A stretch of DNA of 64,000 nt from Scyliorhinus canicula (taxonomy: Eukaryota). This document shows positions 47,040-59,896 of the stretch, piece by piece (position 1 is the first letter of the stretch; every line of letters starts with the position of its first letter). A program made the translations under genes and the position numbers. The DNA is taken from the NCBI RefSeq assembly GCF_902713615.1, contig NW_024055654.1:2149674-2213673 (forward strand), written 5' to 3'. The notes beneath the pieces are model-generated. The model made no database searches. It was not told the origin of the DNA and was given only the letters and a program-made list of their open reading frames with translations.

Positions 47040-47700
47040 TGCTAACGTGAAAAACAAACACTTCTATTGAAATCATCACGGAACGTATGTGGATTATTAT
47101 TTGAATGGGTGTAAATTGAGAGAGGTGGATATTCAGCGTGATCTTGGTGCCCTCGTACATCAGTCGTTGAAGGTCACCGTGCAGGTGCAGCAGACAGTAA
47201 ATAAGGCAAATAGTATGTTGATCTTCATAGCGAGAGAATTTGAGGACAAGAATAAGGATGTTTGACTGCAATTGTGTAAGGGATTGGTGAGACCATATCT
47301 GGAGTACTCTGTGCAGCTCTGGTGTCCTTATCTGATAAACGATGTTCTTACTATGGAGGGAGTGCACTCAAGGATTATTAGGCTAATTCCTGGGGTGGCG
47401 TGACTGTCATTATTTGGAGAGAATAAATCGGTTAGGATTATAGTCACTGGAGTTTAGAAGAATGAGAGCGGATCACATAGAAACTGCTAAAATTCCAGCA
47501 GTATTAGGCAGGGTAGGTTCAGAAAGAATGTTCCCGATCTTGGGGGAGTCCAGACCTAGGAGTGATATTTTAAGGATAAGGGGTAAACCTCTTAGGACTG
47601 AGGTGAGGATAAATTTATTCACTGAGGATTGGTGAATCTGTGGAATTTACTCACAGAAAGCAGTTGAGGCCAAAACGCTGTGATTTTAAGAATCCTGGGA
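47040..47700 (+). mobile_element. CR1 RT C-terminal fragment, degenerate
   Basis: cagcgtgatcttggtgccctcgtacat... and ctggagtactctgtgcagctctggtgtcct (LEY.VQ.W.P). Confidence 0.75.
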
Positions 47701-48719
47701 GTCCTGGCTGATAAACTCCACTGTCTTTCTTCCTCACCCAATTTCCGCTATTGCCACAGCAACCGCTTATCCTGAATGCAACAATTTATGACCTTCTTGA
47801 ATTACATTTATTCTGATCGTCCATTATTATCTCTTGGATTTTGATCAATTTCCTAGTGAATATCAAATGCAAAATGGAATTATTAATATCTATAACAGCA
47901 ACGTGTATCTATATATCTCTTTGAATGGAATTAATAAAACCCAGTCCTTCACAGGAGGATAAAAAATATATGAAGCGAAGCACTGAAGGAGTTACTAAGG
48001 AAGAGCATCAAAGGCTTGCTCAAAGTTAGAGGTTTTAGCTTTTAATGAGTACCTAAAATGAGAATACGTATTGGTCTGGTATGAGTAGAGAAGACTGGCA
48101 GCAATAGAGTGAATATGCATGCATGCCAATGCGCTTAATTAAAACCACTTATAGAGCTAAGAGTTGTAAAGAGTATTGTAGCGAAAATACTTGTGCAGTT
48201 TATTCCATTCTGTGCCGTTCGCTTTACTGAGCTGTCGTATTTATCATGCTATTGATGGAACGACACTTGAATCCCTGATGTTTTAGTCAGAAAAGTCATC
48301 ATCATTAGCATTGGAAAGGTTCCAGAGGATATTGACCGTATTGTCGGATGGGTATGATGATGGTAGCTGCGGAAAAGATAAAGTTGCAGTTGAAGAGACA
48401 GATAACCATATTGAATGATTTGAAGATGCAGTGATAAAGCATCATGAGAGACCACGATCAGTGAAGCAATTCATATCGCCACAGAGCCAAAGAAGACAGA
48501 CAACGTGCAGAGTTAGATATAACTACGTGAATATATAACGTTACAAAGCGATAGATACAGATTGGGATGTCGAAGGAGAGGTGGGTTCCATCACACGACC
48601 TACTAGAAATTACGATCGACACGCAGCTCACAATACATTTGTACAATGTCTATTCTCTTGATTAATGTTGGCTGATGGTTATGGAGGACAATACTTGAGA
48701 GGCAGGACTTGCCTCAATA

Positions 48720-49150
48720 CCGCACGTGAAGCAAGCCTATGACGTTTCAGGGTGTTGTCTTTGGTATTGGCGACTGTTGCCAAAATACAATCGCTCTTGC
48801 CCTTGGTAGAGCACTTCAGCTCAAAGGAGGTGGCGCCATTTCCTCCTTTCGCCAACTATTTACGTCCAGATGTGATGGTCTGTGTGCAGGTCCTTCACAC
48901 CAGGCTTGTTAACCTGCTTGAAGCAGAATATTTGGCACTCAGCTGCTCGCCTGGCTCCGGCCACCTCCGGATTCAGAAGGTCCTGGTAATGCGACCATCT
49001 TCCAGCCTAAGGGTTTGCCTGATCCACAGAGATTCCTCTCTTTGTTTAGTGCCAGCACGCATGGGAACTCCGCCTTTAAGAACACTGTTGCATCTGCGTT
49101 TCTATCCGGCCACTCCCGCACCGGTAATGCATCAAAGACAACGAATATAT
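48720..49150 (-). mobile_element. Degenerate RTE-like LINE ORF2 C-terminus
   Basis: Stop-riddled frame ...LWIRQTLRLEDGRITRTF*... resembles RTE 'GHV.RM.DGRIPK'. Confidence 0.4.
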
Positions 49151-49529
49151 ACACAATTGAGCTTCTTTAGCGGATAGCTGTAAATATCCCACACGTCGCA
49201 GCCATAAATAAAGGTGCGGAGGACAAAGATTTTGTAATAATCAGTTTATTCTCAAGGGTTAGTTTGGTCCTATCATACGTACATTTCGTGAGTCTGCCAA
49301 AGATGGCAGTGTATTTCCCTATGCTGACCTCGAACTGTGCATCAAAGGAATGCAGCCGTGAACTCCAGGCAGCAGAATTAGAGAATCAATTGAAGTGAGC
49401 TGTTATTTAGTGTGATTTGGTGCGAAGATGCAACAAGTTTTCCCATGGCCATAGTTTTCATGGCGTTTGTACTTAGGGTGACAAAGAAAGAGGCATTGGC
49501 AGAGACAGTCCACTTAGGTGAATAACACA

Positions 49530-49880
49530 GCCTCTTTAGTGTCGAGGGTTTCCGTGATCAGGAGATATGTCTGACCGGGGAAATAAATAGAAAGCATGAT
49601 GGAGACAGATATTGATATATCTAGCGGTATATTGAGACATACAGGTAGAGAGTTAAAAATAAATAGAATGATAGATACGTATCTGGAGAGACCGAGGCTT
49701 GCAGACATGATGGAATGGTGATGAGATACAGTGATAATTGAAAACTTAATGATGCATGGAAAGATGAAAAATGTCTGAAATATACGCATTGAAAGACATC
49801 GGCAGACACAAATACATACATAGACAGAAGAATTAACAAATTAACAGACAGCGAATAAAGGACCAAACAGCATTTACAAT
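49530..49880. repeat. Purine-rich degenerate AGAT/AGAC simple repeat
   Basis: Dense agat/agac/atag words. Confidence 0.55.
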
Positions 49881-50107
49881 ACACGTATAATATATCAATG
49901 TATCCACATGGCTACGTTTGGAGAGATTGCATTCAAGTTTAGTTTGTTTTCATTGGTATGTCATCTCCTCCGTTGGAAGAAAGAATATGATTCTGTTTGC
50001 ACTTTACTTCAGAAAATTCTCTCCGCGTACATTGTGAACAAGGCAAAAGTGATATTTATCTCTAACTCAGACGCTGTCAATATCCTGACCATAGTCGCAT
50101 CCGTGTG

Positions 50108-51082
50108 TTACACGGCGCAGCAATGTGCTCTCCATTGAAAGTTCTGGGACCTGAAAATGTACAGCATGGGATTAAGGAAAGCAGATAATGAAGTGAGGGC
50201 CCAGGTGTAAATCTTAACATGGCACATATAAAAAACTGATATTCTATTGAATGGACCTATCAGACCCTCACTCGAAAAATACAGTTGTGGGATGTGAAAA
50301 GGGGCAAAGCAGAAAAGTAGAACAGCCAGAATTCCTGAAATGGTCCTTAGCACTTGCGTCTTCATCAGCTTCATTGATTCCTTTCCAGCTCCTACTTCTC
50401 TCAGCTTCTTTGCAGTCAGAGCATAGCAGATCAACAGGGCCAGAACTGGAATGACAAATGATACCATTTCACAAACTAGCATGAAGATTTGCAAAGGCTT
50501 CCTCATTAATATCTTATCCTTACATGAGATGCTTTCATCTACGATGTTTCTTTTGAAGTGAAAGGCAGCCACACTCAAGCTTAACACTAACAACCATATT
50601 ACAATGGACAGGGCGACGTAGTATCGGGGTCTTCGCCAGTTATGACACCTGATTGGATGGACAACCGCGATGTACTGATCAATAGCAATGCAGGCCATGA
50701 ATGGTGGGTTGCCAAAAATGTTGACTGTACCGATGAGCAGATGGGCTTCAAGGAGACGCTTCGTGAACTTAATTTGTTGGATCAAATGAATGAGATAAAA
50801 TATAGAAGCCAGGATCACCAAGACGTTGGTGATGGTTAAATCAAGCAGGAGAACAGCAGTTGCTGATGAAACTTTCTTTCGTCTTGTGATGTACCACAAT
50901 GAAATTGAGTTCCCAGCCACGCCCAACACTACAGTGAAGCTGAGAAGACAAGGGAGGACGAGCGTTTCAATCCGTTCCATGGCTTCGAAGTGCCCGAGAC
51001 TTGCATTTCCAGTATGGCTGGCTGCGGTGACCTCCGTCCAAGGACGGCTGCCTGTTGCATTCCAGGTCATAAACGTAGCCAT
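50108..51082 (-). CDS. Intronless rhodopsin-class GPCR, P2Y/LPAR4-6/PAR-like (delta group), 324 aa
   Basis: Seven hydrophobic segments; TM1 GN, DQYIAVVHP, TM4 W, TM5 FVIP...CY, TM6 FCFAPFH, TM7 LNPMLY; N-terminal NxT/S sites. Confidence 0.9.
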   Translation of the reverse strand: MATFMTWNATGSRPWTEVTAASHTGNASLGHFEAMERIETLVLPCLLSFTVVLGVAGNSISLWYITRRKKVSSATAVLLLDLTITNVLVILASIFYLIHLIQQIKFTKRLLEAHLLIGTVNIFGNPPFMACIAIDQYIAVVHPIRCHNWRRPRYYVALSIVIWLLVLSLSVAAFHFKRNIVDESISCKDKILMRKPLQIFMLVCEMVSFVIPVLALLICYALTAKKLREVGAGKESMKLMKTQVLRTISGILAVLLFCFAPFHIPQLYFSSEGLIGPFNRISVFYMCHVKIYTWALTSLSAFLNPMLYIFRSQNFQWRAHCCAV

Positions 51083-51514
51083 TTGATGTTTTGATCAGAT
51101 AATATTTTTAAAAACAGCCGATGAGTAATGCGAGGAAAATGAGCAGATAGATTGTCGAATATCAGTTGGGAAATATCCTATCAATTATTCAATGTTGAAT
51201 GACGCAGTTCAGCACCTTAATGCTATCTCAGTGGTTCAGACTGCCTGTAGTTCTCCTCTGAAATGGGTGGGATACAAATGTACGTGAGGAATCTCTATGA
51301 TGCCAGGATGCCGAATTGGTGAAGTTGAATAGGTGAAATTGGAGATTGAATTCTGCAACAAGCAGATATGATCAAATGTATTAATTGCCTGAAAGTAATT
51401 ACATTTTAGAAGTTATAGAGCTAGGTATATGGACGCAGACTTGTCTCTTAATCGCACTCACCACAGTAAATGCATACATACATATTGTAGCTTCCCTACT
51501 GTGACTATGACACG

Positions 51515-51955
51515 GAATCATCGAATCCCCACAGTACATAAGGAGCCTATTCGCCCATCGCGGAAGTATTGGCCCTCCGAAAGTGCACCTACCGAGGCTC
51601 ACTGCCCCGTCCTATTCCCGTAGCCCCATAACCCCACCTAACCTGCACACCTTTGAACTGTGGGTGGGGGGGGGGGGGGGGGGGGGTCACCGCAGCCAGC
51701 CATACTGGAAATGCAAGTCTCGGGCACTTCGAAGCCATGGAACGGATTGAAACGCTCGTCCTCCCTTGTCTTCTCAGCTTCACTGTAGTGTTGGGCGTGG
51801 CCGGGAACTCAATTTCATTGTGGTACATCACAGGACCGTAGTACCCGGAGGAAATACACGCAGACATTGGGAGAAAGTACAAACTTCACACAGAAAGTAG
51901 CCCAAGGCCAGAACTCAAACCTCGGTCCCTGGCTCTGAAGCAGCAGCGCTGCCAA
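51515..51955 (-). mobile_element. HE1-like SINE interrupted by a G21 run and a 148-bp GPCR-derived insert
   Basis: SINE core breaks at ctgtggg|...acccggagg. Confidence 0.7.
51685..51832 (+). repeat. Inverted copy of GPCR coding bases 50885-51032
   Basis: 148 bp, 1 mismatch to the reverse complement. Confidence 0.95.
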
Positions 51956-54398
51956 TATGCTCCTGTGCTGCCCTGTACACTATCTGTGTATCTCAGTCCA
52001 GCTCCCGCCAGCACAAACTTGCACCCTGGCTGGAATCTCTGCGTTAGTCTCTACTTATTGTGTACGGGGAGAATATTGTTGTTCTCCCTGGTGTCTATCA
52101 GCCATTTTTCTCAGAGGGAGATACGTGCACCATCGTATTTATCGTTCCATTCGGCCGGATATATTCTTGCAGCATCCGGCCTCTTACAGTCGTCCTCCTG
52201 CAGTAAGTTACAAGCACAACTCGCGTCTCGTCTCACACGTCCCTCCCTCTCCATTGCTTCGTCAACACCATCTGCTCCCTCACCCGTTTCATTGTTCTCC
52301 TAACCCTACTCTCTAACCCTCCACCCTTGGTCTCTAATCTCTTATTTCCGCTCCTGATCCTTCATCCTCATGGTCTATTTTCTGATTCCCACACCATAAG
52401 CTCCAAACCACGTTCTTTATTCCAGCATTCCAGATTTCTACTGACCCATTCTCGCCCCTTATCCGTCATTTCTGAAATTTACTGCAGCTAATCCGGCTTG
52501 GCCCACTCAACTGCTGAAAGTGTAATTCGCTTTCTGTGTTTTGGACTGAAATAATTGTACCATTACCTGTAAACTGATCCAGAATCAATGAATATCGATG
52601 TAGACTCAGGAAGGACTGTGTTAATGTTGTTGAGAATGGGTTGTGTTCCAGAGCAAGCGGGGAATGAGGATATCTCAGGCAGCCCTTCATGCAACTTCCA
52701 ACAAGTACAAACAGCTGTGAGGTCTGGCGGCTTTTTATAGTTCCCGATTTGCATTTGGTGTCATTACTGTGCTCGTCCAAATCATTGCCAACTCATGGTT
52801 CTCACACTCTGCTTATTAGTTTGATTCGTAATGCCTACCTGGATAAAATTCCATTCTTGGCGAGAGTAGTGTTTTATTACCCACTCACTCGAGCAATTGG
52901 CGTTAAGTTCAGACCAAAACAAGATGCAGTTTTCTGACCGAATGGACATATTTCGGCATTCGATTAATTATTGACTTTGCAGTGTTAAACACAGCCCCAT
53001 TCGATTGGGATATAGGCTCCATTCTCGCCTGGGGAACGTCTTGTGCCAGAGGGACAGATGTAGAGGTTATCCCAGAACCCCACACCAATTCCGGAATAGG
53101 ATTATGTCCTCTCTACAATTGTTAAATTGATGGTTTCACGCGCGGAAACTTATATGCTCGCTCTCAGTGAAACATCCACATTTCTCACACCGAGCCCCCA
53201 GAATATTATGAGAGACGTTTCTCCCCAGTCAAACGCTGTAATAGATTAGCTGTAAGTGCACACGGATTTCCTGCCTCATGTTCCCTCCATACCATTACAT
53301 TGTTCTGGACCCTAATTGTCAGTCTCTGTCTACAGTAGATTGGATTTAACTACGCAGTAGAATTTCCATATTTGGTTGCATTTCCATGTTCTCAACACGA
53401 ACTATCAACAGAGATCTATTTCTACTCAAGGTCATTCAATAGTCTGAGCCCTATCTCGATTCTTTTTGTTGCAGCCAACATCCCATTTCTCCATCCAAAA
53501 TTTTGTTTCAGATACATCAAAGAATTTTTGAATGGGTGGATCATGTATTCACTCAAGGATCCTAAGGGAGACGGGACACGTGCTGTGGGAACCGAGTCAG
53601 CATTTTAAACACCTTAGTGGACTCTACGATAGTTTCTGTAAACTGGATGTTGGCTAATATAGTCCACATTATTTAGCAACAATGTGACTAGCCAAACCCG
53701 GGAAATTTAGGCTAATTAATTGAGCAGCAGTAATAGGATCGATATCTGGGACCATACCTTCCGGCAGAGAACTATACTTTCCTGCCTCGCTGTCAATTTA
53801 AAAAACGTATCCAACATGACTATAGCCACTACATTTCAAAATTATTTCCTTTGCTGCGAGGCGGTTGAGGAGAACTTAAGATCCTAGCGAAACTCTCGGT
53901 GAACAGCAATACTTTGTTTCATATGAATACATTTTCTGCCATTTGGGATTTCGTCATCGGAGTTAAAAGTGTGCCTGTGACTTCCCTGGAGGCCATGACG
54001 TCAGCTGCCGCGCACATGACGGCTCCGTCTCGGGAATGAAGATATTGGCAATTTCAACCCCGATAATGGGTTGTTTTTGATGTTAAGAAAAGGCACACAA
54101 ATTGTAGAACAGGCCATTCCCCGGGACTGTTATGCAGGTAACTTATTGGTCCCGGCAGAAAGCACTTCAAATCCCATCCCAGAGAAGTTTTCAATTAGTT
54201 TCCCCTTATCCGGAGACTATGATCTATCGAACTCGAGGACGCATCCGTTGCACGTCTACTTTATCCATTTATTTTATCATCTTATATACCTCAATTTGAT
54301 ATCCCCGCATTCTTCTAAACGCTGGAGAGTATAGGTCTAAACTGCTCAACCTTTCTGCATAAGACAGCCCTCTCATCTCTGAACCTCGTCTGAACTTC

Positions 54399-54834
54399 GG
54401 GGCCTCACGGTAGCATGGTGGTTAGCATCAATGCTTCACAGCTCCAGGGTCCCAGGTTCGATTCCCGGCTGGGTCACTGTCTGTGTGGAGTCTGCACGTC
54501 CTCCCCGTGTGTGCGTGGGTTTCCTCCGGGTGCTCCGGTTTCCTCCCACAGTCCAAAGATGTGCGGGTTAGGTGGATTGGCCATGCTAAATTGCCCGTAG
54601 TGTAAGGTTAATGGGGGGATTGTTGGGTTACGGGTATACGGGTTACGTGGGTTTAAGTAGGGTGATCATTGCTCGGCACAACATCGAGGGCCGAGGGGTC
54701 TGTGCTGTACTGTTTAAAAAAAAAAAAACTGCTTCCAATGCACCGGCATCGTGGGTTTGAGTAGGGTGATCATGGCTCGGCACAACATCGAGGGCCGAAG
54801 GGCCTGTTCTGTGCTGTACTGTTCTATGTTCTAT
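54399..54834 (+). mobile_element. Young HE1-like SINE with duplicated 3' tail
   Basis: Near-identical to 46344-46674; tail repeated after an A run. Confidence 0.85.
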
Positions 54835-54942
54835 CTTCCCTCCAATAAGCGGACCGAAACCGAACCCAGTACTCGCGGTACGATCTCAACAATGCGTTGC
54901 ACAGTTGCGACACTTCCTTGTCTTTTTACTCTATTTCATCAG

Positions 54943-55250
54943 CATGGTGACACAGTCGTTAGCACTGCTGCCTCACAGCTCCAGGGACCGGGGTTCAATT
55001 CCGGCCTTGCGTGACTACACTTTCTCCCAGTGCGTGCTTGGGTTTCCTCCGGTTTGCTCCCAAAGTCCAATGATGTGCAGGTTAGATGGATTGACCATGA
55101 TAAATTGCCCCTTAATATTCAAAATAGTTTGGTGGGATTACTGAGTTACTGGGATAGGGTGGAGACCTCGGCTTAAGTAGTGTGCTCTTTCCAAGGGCCG
55201 TTGAAGACTCTCTGGGCCAAACGGCCACTTTCTGCACTGCAGGGAAACTA
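54943..55250 (+). mobile_element. HE1-like SINE, diverged
   Basis: Head and core recognisable. Confidence 0.65.
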
Positions 55251-55484
55251 TTATATGATCATTGCAATCGCTTTCTTCATTTTCTGCTGCACCTGCATGC
55301 TAACATTCTGTGACTGATGTGCGAGGACACCCAGATCACTCTGAAGCGGACCTTGGTCTCTCCCAAGTTAGATAATAAGTTACCTTCCCGTTTCCACGAG
55401 AAAAATGGATGGCTTCACAAGTATCCACGTTATACACCATCTGGCACATTTTGGCCCACTCCCCTAACTTATCGATATGCACTT

Positions 55485-57378
55485 TTAAGTTCCTATTTTC
55501 TGAATTGCATATGTTTTAATGCAAGAAGTATAACATGTAAGGCAAATTAACTTAGAGCTTGGATTAGTACTTGGAACGATGATGTTGTTGACATTACAGA
55601 GACCTGGTTAGTGGAAGGGCGGGATTGGCAGCTAAATGTTCCAGCAGTTAGATATTTCAGGCAGGATAGAGGGGGATGTAAAAGGGGTGGCGGAGTTGCG
55701 CTACTGGTTAGCGAGAATATCACAACTGGAGCGCGGGAGGACACCTCAGAAGGCAGCGTGGCTAAATGGGGAGAGCTCAGGAATAAGAAGAGTGCCGTCA
55801 CAATGTTGGGGGTTTACTACAGGCCACCCAACAGCCAGCAGGAGATAGAGGAGGAGATAGGTCGACAGATTTTGGAAAGGAGTAAAGCAACAGGGTTGTT
55901 GTGATGGGAGACTTTAAGTTCCCCAATATTGACTGGGACTTAATTAGTGCTAGGGGCTTGGACGGGGCAGAGTTGTAAGGAGCATCCAGGAGGGCTTCTG
56001 AAAACAATATGTCGATGGTCCAACTAGGGAAGGGGCTATACTGGACCTGGTATTGGGGAGTGAGTCCTGCCAGGTGGTAGAAGTTTCAGTAGGGGAGCAT
56101 TTCGGGAACAGCGACCGCAATTTAATAAGTTTTAAAGTGCTGGTGAACACTAAGAGTGTTCCTAGGGTGAATGTGCTAAATTGGGGGAAGGCTAGTTATA
56201 AAAATATTCGGCAGGAACTGAAGAACCTAGATTGGAGGCGGATGTTTGAAGGTATATCAACATCTGACACGTGGGAGGCTTTCAAATGTCAGTTGAAACG
56301 ACATCAGTACCGGCATGTCATTGCGTGGAGGAAGGATAAATACGGCAAATTTCGGGAACCTTGGATAACGAGAGATACAAGAGGCCTAGTCAAAATTAAA
56401 AGGAGGCATTTGTCAGGCATAGAAGGCTGGGAACAGACGACGACTGTGTGGAATATAAAAAAAGTAGGAAGGAACTTAAGCAAGGAGTCAGGAGAGCTAA
56501 AAGGGGTCACAAAAAGTCATTGATAAATAGGGTTAAGGAAAATCCCAAGGCTTTTTACACGTACATAAAAAGCAAGAGGGTAGACAGGGAAAGGGTTGGG
56601 CCACTGAAGGGAAGGCGAGGGAATCTATGTGTGGAGCCAGAGGAAATGGGCGAGGTTATAAATGCATGCTTTGCTTCAGTATTCATCGAAGATAAGCAAT
56701 TGGTGGATGTTGAGTCTGGAGGAGGGTGTGTAGATGGCCTGGGTCACATTGAGATCCAAAAAGACGAGGTGTTGGGCGTCTTGAAAAATGTTAAGGTAGA
56801 TAAGTTCCCAGGACCTGATGGGATCTACCCCAGAATACTGAAGGAGGCTAGAGAGGAAATTGCTGAGGCCTTGACAGAAATTCTTGGATCCTCACTGTCT
56901 TGAAGTGATGTTCCAGAGGACTGGAGCATAGCCAATGTTGTTCCTTTGTTTCAGAAGGGTAGCAAGGATTATGCAGGGAAACTACAGGGCAGTGAGCCTT
57001 ACCTCAGTGGTAGGGAAATTACTGGAAAGAATTCTTCGAAACAGGATCGACTCCCATTTGGAAGCAAATGGACGTATTAGCGAGAGGTAGAATGGTTTTG
57101 TGAAAGGGAGGTCGTGTCTCACTAACTTGACAGAGTTTTTCGAGGAGGTCACAAAGATGATTGATGGAGATAGGTCAGTGGATGTAGTCTATATGGACTT
57201 CATTAAGACCTTTGACGAGGTCCCTCTGGCAGACAGGTACAAAAGGTGAAGTCACACGGGATCAGGGGTGAGCTGCCAAGATGGATACCGAACTGGCTAG
57301 GTCAAAGAAGGCAGAGAGTAGCAATGGAAGGGTGCTTTTCTGATTGGAGGGCTGTGACTAGTGGTGTTCTGCAGGGAT
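55485..57378 (+). mobile_element. CR1 LINE ORF2 (APE endonuclease plus N-terminal RT), frameshifted, 3' part missing
   Basis: NCICFNARSI, ITETWL, DRGG..RGGGVAL, GVYYRPPN, GDFKFP, KFPGPDGIYPRILKE, ending at SGVLQG. Confidence 0.9.
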
Positions 57379-59098
57379 TCCGCTTTGAGGGGGGGGGGGG
57401 GGGGGATTGGTGAGATTATGGGGATCCACGGGGAATTCGGCCAGTTTTCGGGGTCTTTATAGTTCAAGCAAGGGGACAAGAGAGGAGATTGGGGAGGATG
57501 CCGTTCAAGGAAGTGGGAGGGAGTTTTCGATATTTGGGAATGCAGGTAACGCCGGAATGAAAGCAGCTGCATAAGCTGAATTTGGCTCGGTTGGTGAAGC
57601 ACATGAAGTGGAACTTCAGAAAGTGGGATATGCTCCATCTGTCACTATTGGGGAGGGTGCAGGCGGAAAGATGACAGTTCTCCTGAGGTTTCTGTTTGTA
57701 TTTCAGACGCTGCCTATTTTTGTCATCAAAATGTTCTTTCATAGCGTGAATGCGGCGATCATCCGGTTTGTGTGGACGGGTAAAACCCCGCGTGTAAAGA
57801 AGATGCTGCTGGAGCGGGGCCGAGATGAGGGGTGTCTGGCCCTACCGAAGTTTACTCCTGGACGGCGAACATAGCAATAGTCAGTGTCTGGGTATTGGGG
57901 GAGGGGTCTGTGTGGGAGCGGGTGGCGGCGGCTTCATGTAGAAGAACAAGTTTAGAGGCACTGGTAATGGCACCTCTGCCGTTTTCGTTGGCTCGGTACT
58001 CCACAGGCTCGGTGGTAGTGGTGGCCTTGAGTGTGTGGGGACTGTGGCGGAAGCCTATGGGAGTGGAGGGGGCGTCGGTATGGGCACTAGTTTGTGGAAA
58101 CCACTGGTTTGCACAGGTGGGGCTGGATGGGGGTTTCGGAGGTTGCAGCGAGCCGGGATCTAGTGGTTTATTGACGGCAGCTTTTCGTGCTTGGAGGGTT
58201 TGGATGAGGAGTTTGAACAGCCCGGTGGAAATGGGTTCCACATTCTGCAGTGACGGACTTTGTGCGGAAGTCGTTTCGACCTTTCTGCATCTGCCACGCC
58301 AGGGAATACAGCACAAGGTAGAATCGAAAACCGGAGTGGGGGAGGGGAAGGTCTCGGAAATGTATAAAAAGCTCACAGAACGGGAGGGACCCCCGATAGG
58401 GGAGGTGAAGCGTAAGTGGGAAGAAGAATTGGACAGGGAAGTCGAGGCGAGGTTGTGGAAGGATGCCCTGAGTAGAGTCAACGCGTCTTCGTTGTGTGCC
58501 AGGCTTAGCCAGATACAATTTAAGGTGGTCCCCAGGGTGCATATGACTGTGGGCAGGCTGAGCAGGCTGAACGGGTGGAGGATATGTATGGGCGGTGTGC
58601 AGGTGGGCCCGCTAATCATTTCCGAGGCTCAGGGGATTTTGGCGAGGATTTGCCGATGTCATGTCATTAAGGGTGATTTCGAGTCCAGAGGTGGCAGAGA
58701 GAGGCTGATGTTTCTGCCTTTGCCTCCCTGGCAGCCTGGTGACGGATTTGTTGGCATGGAGGGACTCAGGGGTATGGGTTGTGACATGGCTGAGATTTTC
58801 AGGCTTGAGAAGATCAAGTTCACAGGAAGAGAATCTGTGCGTGGGTTCGCCCGGAGGTGGCATCCATTTATCGACTGCTTTGGGGAAAATCAAGCTGTTA
58901 GCAGAAAGGTGGGGTGGGGGTGTGGGGGGTGGGGGGGGGGGGGGCTGGTTGAGGTTGGAAACAGTTAGTGGAAAGGGGGACTAGTGAATTGTTTATGTAA
59001 GTCACATTGGCTGGATTTGGTTGTTGTTTGCATTGTTGTTTATCCCTCTTGAAAACTGTTAAAATTTTATATATGCCTCAATAAAACATTTTTTAAAA
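57379..59098 (+). mobile_element. L1/Tx1-clade LINE, 5'-truncated ORF2 3' half
   Basis: FRYLGMQV, LRFLFVFQTLPI...FVWTGKTPRV...G.LALP, QFKVVPR; AATAAA at 59080 and an A-rich end. Confidence 0.85.
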
Positions 59099-59896
59099 TG
59101 TTTTTTATCCTAAGCCACCAGGCCAAACACACTAGCATTTTGTTTATCAACAACAATACTTTATTTTAAAAAGTAAGATTCCATGGGTTTGGTGCAATGA
59201 CACGATATTTATTGGAAGTGCTAAAGTTGGCTTTCTAATGGACAGATCGTTAAATAAACAGTTCCACGTTGGAATGACGCGACACGACGTCCCCTTGAAA
59301 CTACATTATTTTATTGATGTTAAAACTTGTACACATTTTCCCGTTGTTGTTTTCCTGCCATTAATTTATTTCACTATATATAGAAACCAACTGAGCAGTT
59401 GGAATGTCCGTGCCTCTATTAACCTGTTCTGGGACTGTAGCGGACGCTAGAAGTGGAGAGAGATTGATGAATAATCGTCAATAGCAGTGTGAGAGCAACG
59501 TGAGAAATTTAATGTCAAGCATAATGTAGTGTCGACAGTCACCCGTTTCCGAGTGGATGAACTCAACTGTTAAAATATGAAAGTCATTATCATCCATGTA
59601 TCCCAACTTATCTACAGATCAATAAAATGATAGCAAGCGCATGAATGTATCAGCTGGATAGTTATTTACTAACACGAGATCGGAATGAGTACCCAGCACC
59701 TTCAGTTGTTTTCCTTTGTGTGATGTTCCCTCGAATAAAACATCGAGGCGAATTAAGGTTACTCGGGATCCCACTGTATTCCTTATATAGTCTTCAAACT
59801 TAGTTGGAAAAACATAAATATTGAATTCAGCTAAAGATAAAATATCCATATGATTTGTTTTATTTTTGGGAATCAGGGCAATTTTGAAAGTGTTAA

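Noticed and set aside
48240-48540. Minus-strand frame with a signal-peptide-like stretch and ...STATLSF...NILW..., vaguely V-set-like
   Set aside because: No canonical Cys, several stops, and no YxC or RSS at the expected distance.
49908-49919. ATGGCTACGTTT on +, identical to the first 12 nt of the GPCR on -
   Set aside because: A single 12-bp match with no extension; plausible by chance and no supporting structure.
53996-54003. Perfect CRE TGACGTCA ~2.9 kb upstream of the first GPCR
   Set aside because: One 8-mer is expected about once per 65 kb, and nothing links it to the gene.
57832-58968. 378-aa ORF, and the 255-aa antisense ORF
   Set aside because: Frameshifted L1 ORF2 remnant and its shadow, not a host gene.
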